DNA of 64,000 nucleotides from Candidatus Anderseniibacteriota bacterium (GTDB taxonomy: Bacteria > Patescibacteriota > Andersenbacteria > UBA10190): positions 70,305-134,304 of the forward strand of contig JACPWO010000004.1 in the NCBI GenBank assembly GCA_016197005.1. Direction: 5' to 3'. The notes beneath the pieces are model-generated. The model was not told the origin of the DNA and did not search any database. It worked only from the letters and a program-made list of their open reading frames with translations. Below are positions 17,181-25,239 of the stretch, in pieces. Both the position numbers and the translations under genes were made by a program. Numbering within the stretch: position 1 is the stretch's first letter; the number at the start of each line of letters is the position of its first letter.

Positions 17181-19911
17181 ACTACAGGAGATTATCGATC
17201 AGTTCGATGCACATAAGATCGGCATTTTTTTTCGAACGCGTAGCGATGCCTTCGCAGAAGCACGGGAGCCACTTCAGGAATATAATGATGCAGTTTTTAG
17301 TGACTTTGAGCGTCTAGGAGAGTTTCGCTTTGACGAGACGCAGCGCCTCATTGTAGTTGCTGTCCGGGTGGGAGGTAACTTAACGGAGCGCTCAAGTAAG
17401 AAGGCACAGTACGACAAGGCTAAACGAATACTCAAGGATTTGGATGTCTTTGAGGGTGGAATATTTATTTTTTATGATACGGCTGGCAGTTTTCGATTTA
17501 GTTTGGTTTACGAGCGGAGTATAGGTACGCGGCGCACATGGAATAATTTTAGGCGTTTTACATACTTCGTTAGCAAGGAACTGCCCAATAAGACTTTCAT
17601 TAATCGAATTGGAGAAGGAGATTTCTCCAGCCTAAACAAAATAAGGGAAGCCTTCTCCATCGCGGCAGTTACGAATGATTTTTACCAGAGTTTTGTTCCG
17701 TACTTCGAGAAGATTTCAAAAGCTGCCCGAAGCACTATCGATGACAATGTTCGTAAGAAATTAGCACGAGATTTCGCCTTACTATTTGTAATTAGGGTAA
17801 TCTTTATTGGCTTTATTCAGAAGCGTAAATGGATTGGTGACGATGAGCAGTTTCTGCGGCATTTTTGGGAGGAGTATCGGCAGCAGTCCATGGGCGAGAA
17901 CCATTTTTACAAGCATTGGCTGGAGCCCCTTTTCTTTGAGGCACTAAACTCTCCCATTGGCCGGAAGGTGAAGTATGGTAATAATACATTTTCGCCGGCA
18001 ACAGAATCGGCGCTGCAAATGGCACCGTACTTGAATGGTGGTTTGTTTAAGCGCAAGAGAGGCGTCGATGACCAGAGTCTATTCATACCAGATGACGTTA
18101 TTGGTGAACTTTTTGATTGGTTATTCTCATACAACTTTACGATTGAGGAAAATACGCTCTATGACGAAGAACTGGAGTTAAACCCTGAGTTTTTAGGCAT
18201 TATTTTTGAACGACTCGTAAACAAGGCTGATGGAGCCGTGTATACGCCTCGGGTCGAAGTGGATTTTATGTGCCGCTTAAGCCTTGTTAAGTGGCTGGAC
18301 AAAAATACGCCTGAAGACATCCATTATCGAGATCTTTATGAGCTATTTTTTAGTGAGGTAGGTCGGGGACGCGGTGAGGATACCGACCAGAAGAAAGGAA
18401 GTTTTTCCGAACGTCAGGCACGAGAAATACTTGAACATCTTGAATCAATAACTATTTGTGATCCAGCAGTCGGTTCAGGAGCATTTCCTGTAGGAATGCT
18501 CCATATTATCGACGAGGTAGAGGAACACCTACGGCTGAAGATTAGTGACCCGGTAGCGCACCAAACGGCCTTTGATCGGAAAAAGCGCATTATAGGCTCT
18601 TCACTCTACGGCGTTGAGGTAAAAGAGTGGGCGGTCTGGATCACCCAACTGCGCTTGTGGATCACTCTTTTCATCGATGCACCAGATGATTTACGAAACT
18701 CGCTTGAGCCTATTTTACCTAGTCTTGATTTCAAGGTGCGTGCCGGAGACTCGTTGCTGCAGCGAATAGGCACAAAAATATTTCCCGTCGCTGGACATGC
18801 CAATGTATCGCAAGGTCTTAAGAAAAAGATTACTGAACTCAAGAAGCTCAAACTGGATTACTTTCAGAATAAGGCAGATCGTGATTTTATTATTCGCCAG
18901 CGCGAGCTAGCGCTGTACAGGGATATTCTGAATGCAGAAATCGACGAGCTCACTAAGACGCTTCGCATCCTAAGGGGCATAAAGCCAGATCAGCAGTCGT
19001 CCCTTTTTAGCAAGGAAATTCAACAACCAACACAGGCGCCATTAAGTCTCAATGCTGAGGAGGTTAAAAAGATTGAAAACCAAATTGCCGAGCTTCAAGG
19101 CCAGCAACGGTCTCTGTCTGAAGACCATCCCTTAATTTGGAATATTGAATTTGCTGAGATTTTTGCTGATCGGGACGGGTTCGATATTATTATTGGCAAC
19201 CCTCCGTACGTCAGGCAAGAGGATATAGGAGATCCCAATGGCAAGATTAAAGATCCCAAAGAATACAAAAAATTATTGCAGGAAATGGTACGGACTGATT
19301 TCCCGCGACAGTTTCCGAAGGGAGAAAAGATAGATGCTAAATCTGACCTCTATACCTATTTTTATATCCGATCGCTTAAGCTATTAAATCCGAACGGTGT
19401 ACTTACCTTTATCTGTTCAAACTCATGGCTCGATGTGGGTTATGGCGTTTGGCTACAAAAGTTTTTGCTCAAAAATGCGCCGATTCAATTCATTATTGAT
19501 AATCACGCCAAGCGTAGCTTTGAAGCGGCTGATATAAACACCATTATCTCAGTGATTGAGGCGCCACAAAAAAAGATTGATCCAGGCCATGTAGTTAAAT
19601 TTGTTGCCTTCAAAAAATCTTTTGAGGAAGTCATTTTTACTGAAAATTTGCGTGCTATCGATGAGGCTGATGCTGTTGTAAAGAATGAACGCTACCGGGT
19701 ATATCCCATGGCAACACAAAATTTGTGGGAGTCTGGTATGGAGTACTCCAGTGTCGAGCAAAAGAAGCTATCCGGCGGTCGGTACATTGGAGATAAGTGG
19801 GGAGGTAAATACCTGCGTGCACCTGATATTTATTTCACCATTTTGCGCAAGGGCGGTGTATTAACTAGCCAAAACTATGAAAGCACGTCACGAGAGAGAG
19901 AGAGAGAGTAA
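17167..19911 (+). CDS. Eco57I-like/Type IIG m6A methyltransferase, ending at a (GA)n tract
   Basis: YTP, DPAVGSGAF, IIGNPPY, DLYTYF, SNSWLD; ends ...SRERERE*. Confidence 0.92.
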   Translation: MSRDKLQEIIDQFDAHKIGIFFRTRSDAFAEAREPLQEYNDAVFSDFERLGEFRFDETQRLIVVAVRVGGNLTERSSKKAQYDKAKRILKDLDVFEGGIFIFYDTAGSFRFSLVYERSIGTRRTWNNFRRFTYFVSKELPNKTFINRIGEGDFSSLNKIREAFSIAAVTNDFYQSFVPYFEKISKAARSTIDDNVRKKLARDFALLFVIRVIFIGFIQKRKWIGDDEQFLRHFWEEYRQQSMGENHFYKHWLEPLFFEALNSPIGRKVKYGNNTFSPATESALQMAPYLNGGLFKRKRGVDDQSLFIPDDVIGELFDWLFSYNFTIEENTLYDEELELNPEFLGIIFERLVNKADGAVYTPRVEVDFMCRLSLVKWLDKNTPEDIHYRDLYELFFSEVGRGRGEDTDQKKGSFSERQAREILEHLESITICDPAVGSGAFPVGMLHIIDEVEEHLRLKISDPVAHQTAFDRKKRIIGSSLYGVEVKEWAVWITQLRLWITLFIDAPDDLRNSLEPILPSLDFKVRAGDSLLQRIGTKIFPVAGHANVSQGLKKKITELKKLKLDYFQNKADRDFIIRQRELALYRDILNAEIDELTKTLRILRGIKPDQQSSLFSKEIQQPTQAPLSLNAEEVKKIENQIAELQGQQRSLSEDHPLIWNIEFAEIFADRDGFDIIIGNPPYVRQEDIGDPNGKIKDPKEYKKLLQEMVRTDFPRQFPKGEKIDAKSDLYTYFYIRSLKLLNPNGVLTFICSNSWLDVGYGVWLQKFLLKNAPIQFIIDNHAKRSFEAADINTIISVIEAPQKKIDPGHVVKFVAFKKSFEEVIFTENLRAIDEADAVVKNERYRVYPMATQNLWESGMEYSSVEQKKLSGGRYIGDKWGGKYLRAPDIYFTILRKGGVLTSQNYESTSRERERE

Positions 19912-20917
19912 GGCTGGCGCCGCTAGGAACCCTGGCGCACGTTCGGCGCGGCTTCACAACCGGGGCGAACGAGTTCTTCTATCTGAAGGATATAACCGAT
20001 CAGCTAAACTCGTCCGATTAGGTGATGTTGCTGATGTTCGTTTTGGTATTAAAACTGGGGCAAATGAATTTTTCTTTCTTGAGGATATAACTGAATCTAT
20101 GAATTTTGAGGATGTTAAGAACGAGATAAAAAATTTGGGTCAATATAAAACGTTGGCTCAAATTAAGGCCGCTGGTCTTTGTATTACTCAAAACGATGCC
20201 GGGGATTATTGGCTAATAGAGAAGAAATTTTTAAAGCCTGCAGTTAAAAGTCCTCGCGAATGCAACAATATTTTAGTTGATCAAATTAAACTCAAATATA
20301 AGTTGCTGCTGTGCTCAAAAACAAAAGAAGAATTAGAAAATACAGCAACTTTGCAATATATAAGCTGGGGCGAGAAGGAGGCGTTTGATCAAAGGGCGAG
20401 CACAAAAGGTAGAAACAGATGGTGGGATTTGGGAAAAAGGAAACCCGCTGGATTGAATTTCAATTATTTAATAAACGACGTTGGTGATACTTATGTTGGC
20501 TCAGTCTTTGTAAGTGATAATTTTCATGAGATTCATACAGAAAAACACCTGGAAGTGTTTCTGAACTCCACTGTTTTTTGGCTATTCCAAAATTTGTCTG
20601 GGAGGACTAGTTTTGGCGGCGGGTTGTTAAAAATACAAACCTATGAGCTTGAAAGAATATTTGTGTTAGAGGTTGAAAATAAATTTGATTTTCCGGTACT
20701 TAAGCGAGCACCAAAATCAGTATTTAAAGAATGCGGAATTAATCCCGAATCAACCATTCTTATTGAAGAGCAAGAACCAAATCCGCTACCGGATCGCGCA
20801 GAGCTGGATAAAGTTGTTTTCGACGCGTTGGAGCTCACCGAAGATGAACGCAAGGACGTATATCGCGCTGTTTGCAGCCTTGTCTGGAACAGGATTAGTA
20901 AAGCACAGAGTGTGTAA
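19877..20917 (+). CDS. C-terminal target-recognition part of the methylase, in the +1 frame
   Basis: KLVRLGDVADVRFGIKTGANEFF, KSPREC, LNST...GRTSFGGGLLKIQTYE, ELDKVVFDAL. Confidence 0.85.
   Translation: MKARHERERESKAGAARNPGARSARLHNRGERVLLSEGYNRSAKLVRLGDVADVRFGIKTGANEFFFLEDITESMNFEDVKNEIKNLGQYKTLAQIKAAGLCITQNDAGDYWLIEKKFLKPAVKSPRECNNILVDQIKLKYKLLLCSKTKEELENTATLQYISWGEKEAFDQRASTKGRNRWWDLGKRKPAGLNFNYLINDVGDTYVGSVFVSDNFHEIHTEKHLEVFLNSTVFWLFQNLSGRTSFGGGLLKIQTYELERIFVLEVENKFDFPVLKRAPKSVFKECGINPESTILIEEQEPNPLPDRAELDKVVFDALELTEDERKDVYRAVCSLVWNRISKAQSV
19892..19908 (+). repeat. (GA)8G simple sequence repeat at MTase/TRD junction
   Basis: gagagagagagagagag directly before TAA 19909-19911. Confidence 0.95.
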
Positions 20918-20919
20918 AT

Positions 20920-21471
20920 ATGAGCGACGAATCATTACCACCGTTCGTTGGCGAAAGTGCTTTATCGCCTATTCGATTGACTGAAGAACAAGAAGATCTG
21001 TGCCAACGGCTGGATGACTGGCATGGGCTGGATGGGCTCAAAGTTAAACCATCAGAGATGTTTCGCGGAGCGGTTTATGCGATGCGACAAGAATGCAAAA
21101 GCAATCCCGATCGGCTTGCCCAAGCAGCAAATTCTCTTCGTGAAATTCTTTATCCATTTCAGAGCCCCCAGGTAAAAAATGTATCTGAAAAGCAAGAAAA
21201 GGCGTTTAAAAAATACGGGTCAGTTCGAGTAGATGAGGAGTTCTTTAAAAAAAGTGTAAAGCCGCTCTATGAAGACCTTAATGACGTTGCTCATCACGGA
21301 GTTGCAGCAAAGAGGATCGACTTTTTAACTATTACAGACGCGGAGCTTGTAAAATTATTAGCAGACTTTGAGAAAATTATGCTTGCTGCATTGGCGCGGC
21401 AACTTGATGTTCATCAAGAGATCGATGAGTTTTTAACGGCTGGGCCCGATCAGGTGGGCACACATAATTAA
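20920..21471 (+). CDS. Hypothetical protein, HEPN-like
   Basis: NPDRLAQAANSLREIL ... LNDVAHH helical pattern; family is inferred. Confidence 0.55.
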   Translation: MSDESLPPFVGESALSPIRLTEEQEDLCQRLDDWHGLDGLKVKPSEMFRGAVYAMRQECKSNPDRLAQAANSLREILYPFQSPQVKNVSEKQEKAFKKYGSVRVDEEFFKKSVKPLYEDLNDVAHHGVAAKRIDFLTITDAELVKLLADFEKIMLAALARQLDVHQEIDEFLTAGPDQVGTHN

Positions 21472-21474
21472 TTT

Positions 21475-24474
21475 ATGAATAAGAAAAGTCAATCTCAGAG
21501 CAAAGCTGAAAAAGTTCGAGAACTTATTGGTTTGAATTTTGATGCACGACAGTATTTTTTCACCAAAGCTGATGAACAATTGCTCGGCTGGCTATGGGCA
21601 AATGGATTGCTTGATGCAATAAAAGAGAAGCCTGCAGATCAAACGCGCTATTGGTATAGAACGCCAGAACTTCACTATCTCGCAACCGTTGCTAAAAAAG
21701 AACCGGCAAAGGTGGTTGATATTATGCTACAGGTACCAATATCACCCGAGACATTCAGCCCGGAGGTAACTGATAGATTTCTTCGCATATGTGTTGATCT
21801 GCCGGCCGACCAGCTTTCTCGACTAGTGACTAAAATTCGGGATGAGAAATGGGTAAATTTAATGGGAGGATTCAATCAGTGGGGGTTTGAATACAATAAA
21901 ATGCTGCAAACACTTGCGGGGGCAAAGGACTATAACAGTATGCTGGTTTTAGCAGAAGCAATGTTGGCGGTGCGTCCTAAGAAGGAAGTTGCAGAAATAG
22001 AGCACCGTTGGCGCGTAAGCGAAAATTGTTTCTATATCAAAGACCTTTCAGAAACCGGTATATTCGATAAACTCACCTCAGTCGATGATCAGAAAGTTGA
22101 TGTAGCACTTGGTCTGGCTGTTAGAACCATCGGAGCAGTGATCAACTTGGGGGATCCGTCAAAGGATAAGGAGTTTTCAGTCGATGATCATCTCTGCCTT
22201 ATTGATGTCGATTTTTTCTCACTAAAGGCGCAACAGAAAAAGTATTCATCAGATCGGGAAGATATGCGCGAACTAGCGGTTACGATAAAGGTTCTGACGC
22301 AGCGTCTAATAGGAAATAGATGTGATAAAGTCGACGAAGTTCGTTCGCTATATACTACGCACTTTAATTCGTTGCCCGATAGTCAGGCTGTGTGGCGGCT
22401 GCGTTTGTTTGTTCTTAGTTTGTGCCCCAAGGTATTTGCAAGTGATTTAAAAACCGCCTTCTATAAAATATTTGAGACCGAAAAATACCAGGAATACACA
22501 TTAGGCGCCGAATTTTCTCGGGCACTGCGTGCCGGTTTTTCGGCCTTAGCTGAATCAGATCAGCGCAATTATGTGAAGCAGGTATTGGCATACTTCGGCC
22601 AGCCAGGCACGGATAAAGAAAAAAATGAACCACGGAAGCATTCCGGATGGAAAATCTTATCGAGCATCTACTTACATCTTACGGATGAGGAGAAAGCGCA
22701 ATGCGAACGGGTATTTGGCAGAACGTGTGACGAAAAATATGAACCTGAGCCGGCTATTGGGACTATGCGTGGTGGTTCCGTCAGACCCCGAGGCCCTATA
22801 ACGCCTGAGGAGTTTGGAGAGCTTCCAATTTCAGAAATTGCGAATAATCTTCGCACTTTGTGGACACCACAAAGACTGCGTGAGCAAAATACTGGAGATG
22901 ATTTTCTTAACCCCCTCAATGCGGAGGGCGCTGGTGACTTATTTAAAAATGATATCCCTAAACGGTTACAAGACTATGCCAATGACGCAAAACTGTTTTT
23001 CGAGAGAGATGTACTCGACCAGAACTATACCTATGCATTTATGCGTGGGCTACAAGAAGCAATACATGCGAACAGAGAGGAAGCAGCCAAAATTACGTGG
23101 GAAGGTTTGATTACACTCTTACAGAATATTACCGAGGCCGGGACGACCAAACCTTTTGATCAAAGAAAAAGAGAGCGCAGTTTTCATGATGGCTGGCTTA
23201 CCAGCTGGGATGAAGTACATTCAGTTATGGCTGATGTTATAAAAGAGTTATTAAGTGAGTCTGGCGGGCACAAAGTAATCAATTATTCCAAGCATCGTGC
23301 AGATTTATTGCCAATTTTAAGTTACCTTCTTGCATATCCTGATCCGGTACCAGCCGATGAAAAGATTGAAACTGCAACAAGTACCACTACGTCTCCAGGA
23401 GAGGAAACACAAATCGCCGATCCTTTTTCAATGGCCATAAACTCAGTGCGCGGTCGCGCGTTTGAGGTTCTACCGCTTATTGCCTATCTGGATGGCAAGA
23501 GGTTTTCTAAAGAGGATCAGGTAAAAATCTCCCCTGACGTAAAGCAATTATATGAGACAACTCTCAGCAATGAAAATACGAGAGCAGTTATGTTTCTTTT
23601 CGGTCATTATCTACCCACATTCTATTTCCGCGATAAAGTTTGGATAGGGCAACTCTTGCCGCAAATCTTTCCGGATCAACCAGAAAAAGAATATCTTTAT
23701 ACCGCTGCGTGGGAAGGGTACTTGGCTAATAATCTTTATGAAGAGTTATTTTTTGATCCCGCAATCCAGAAGATATATGAGCGCGGACTCGTCCTTCCCA
23801 ATGTTGATGATTTGAAACAGAAGCGCTTCAAAGAACCAGATGAGGGCATTGCTTCTCATTTTGGTTTGGCTTTTATGTATTACGAAGGATTTGGATTTGA
23901 CCACCCACTACTCACGGCATTTTGGAGTAAAAATGATCCGGAACAACATGCAGACTTTATCAGTTTTCTTGGAAGAGCATTTGTATCAGGTGATAACGCT
24001 CAGGCAAACGAATTGTTAAAGAATGAGCCGCGTGCGAAAGCAAGATTGATAGAAGTTTGGGATTGGATGCTTGAGCATTATACGGATATTCGGCCACTTA
24101 CTGAATTCGGCGTTTGGATCAATTTGAGAAAAAACATATTTGACACTCGATGGCTTGCTGAGCATATCAGAAAGACTCTTGAGAAAACGAAAGGAAAACT
24201 AGATTGGGATTACGGACTCATGATGTCCATTGAGCAATTAGCAAAACTTGCACCAGAGGACACGCTTATCATTGCCCGGTTATATTTACTTGAAGGTGGG
24301 GTGCGTACAGGTGGTAATCGCGCACCAATTCATTTAGATCAAGAATGGTTTGAGGCAATGAAGACGCTGTATGGTAATAGCAGTACACGATCAGGTAGTT
24401 ACGCTCTCATTAATGACCTTGTTCAGGATGGAGGGATCACCTTCTGGAAGCTTAAAGAAGTAATTAACGATTAA
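21475..24474 (+). CDS. Large predicted alpha-helical hypothetical protein
   Basis: 999 aa; no catalytic motif seen; same frame as upstream ORF. Confidence 0.8.
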   Translation: MNKKSQSQSKAEKVRELIGLNFDARQYFFTKADEQLLGWLWANGLLDAIKEKPADQTRYWYRTPELHYLATVAKKEPAKVVDIMLQVPISPETFSPEVTDRFLRICVDLPADQLSRLVTKIRDEKWVNLMGGFNQWGFEYNKMLQTLAGAKDYNSMLVLAEAMLAVRPKKEVAEIEHRWRVSENCFYIKDLSETGIFDKLTSVDDQKVDVALGLAVRTIGAVINLGDPSKDKEFSVDDHLCLIDVDFFSLKAQQKKYSSDREDMRELAVTIKVLTQRLIGNRCDKVDEVRSLYTTHFNSLPDSQAVWRLRLFVLSLCPKVFASDLKTAFYKIFETEKYQEYTLGAEFSRALRAGFSALAESDQRNYVKQVLAYFGQPGTDKEKNEPRKHSGWKILSSIYLHLTDEEKAQCERVFGRTCDEKYEPEPAIGTMRGGSVRPRGPITPEEFGELPISEIANNLRTLWTPQRLREQNTGDDFLNPLNAEGAGDLFKNDIPKRLQDYANDAKLFFERDVLDQNYTYAFMRGLQEAIHANREEAAKITWEGLITLLQNITEAGTTKPFDQRKRERSFHDGWLTSWDEVHSVMADVIKELLSESGGHKVINYSKHRADLLPILSYLLAYPDPVPADEKIETATSTTTSPGEETQIADPFSMAINSVRGRAFEVLPLIAYLDGKRFSKEDQVKISPDVKQLYETTLSNENTRAVMFLFGHYLPTFYFRDKVWIGQLLPQIFPDQPEKEYLYTAAWEGYLANNLYEELFFDPAIQKIYERGLVLPNVDDLKQKRFKEPDEGIASHFGLAFMYYEGFGFDHPLLTAFWSKNDPEQHADFISFLGRAFVSGDNAQANELLKNEPRAKARLIEVWDWMLEHYTDIRPLTEFGVWINLRKNIFDTRWLAEHIRKTLEKTKGKLDWDYGLMMSIEQLAKLAPEDTLIIARLYLLEGGVRTGGNRAPIHLDQEWFEAMKTLYGNSSTRSGSYALINDLVQDGGITFWKLKEVIND

Positions 24475-24476
24475 AT

Positions 24477-25235
24477 ATGTCCGAATACTACAACCCAAAT
24501 CGAGGCTCCAAATGGAATTACGGCGGTGATCAATGGAAGCTCTCTCGCTCCAAGATTGATCTCTTTCTCGAATGTCCTCGCTGTTTTTATATCGACAACA
24601 AGCTCGGCGTAAAGCGTGTACCAGGCTTTCCTTTTGCGTTAAATAGTGCAGTCGATCATCTCCTTAAGCTGGAATTTGATATCCATCGTGCTAATGGAGA
24701 GCAGCACCCGCTACAAAAAGAATACGGCATTGATGCCCGGCCAGTAGCGCATGAAGAATTGGACGAGTGGCGCTATAACTTCGGTGGGGTTAAACATCTG
24801 CATAAACCAACTGGCATGCTGGTCACAGGAGCCATTGATGACTTATGGATCAATGGCAATGAAGAATATGTAGTGGTTGACTATAAGGCCACAGCCAAAG
24901 AAGAAGCGGTGAAAGAACTCGATAAGGAATGGCAAGAGGGCTACAAGCGCCAAATGGAAGTGTATCAGTGGCTGTTGCGCCAGAATGGACTCAAGGTTTC
25001 TGATACTGGTTATTTCGTGTACTGCACCGGAAAGTTAGACGGTAAAGCGTTTGATAAACGCATTGATTTTGATGTCCATCTTATTGCCTACGAAGGAAAC
25101 GATGATTGGGTGGAGGGTACATTACTAAAGATTAAGGAATGCCTGGAAGAGAATGATGTACCAGAATCCGGCCCTGGTTGTGACCATTGCTCATATTGGA
25201 ATGCTCGTCGTTTATACGAACCTGAATCAAAATAA
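24477..25235 (+). CDS. PD-(D/E)XK nuclease, Cas4/AddB-like
   Basis: LSRSKI..F.ECPRCF, GAIDDLW, VVDYK, QMEVY, CDHC. Confidence 0.88.
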   Translation: MSEYYNPNRGSKWNYGGDQWKLSRSKIDLFLECPRCFYIDNKLGVKRVPGFPFALNSAVDHLLKLEFDIHRANGEQHPLQKEYGIDARPVAHEELDEWRYNFGGVKHLHKPTGMLVTGAIDDLWINGNEEYVVVDYKATAKEEAVKELDKEWQEGYKRQMEVYQWLLRQNGLKVSDTGYFVYCTGKLDGKAFDKRIDFDVHLIAYEGNDDWVEGTLLKIKECLEENDVPESGPGCDHCSYWNARRLYEPESK

Positions 25236-25239
25236 AAAT

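Noticed and set aside
24477-25235. Cas4 / CRISPR locus
   Set aside because: No repeat-spacer array or other cas gene seen in the window.
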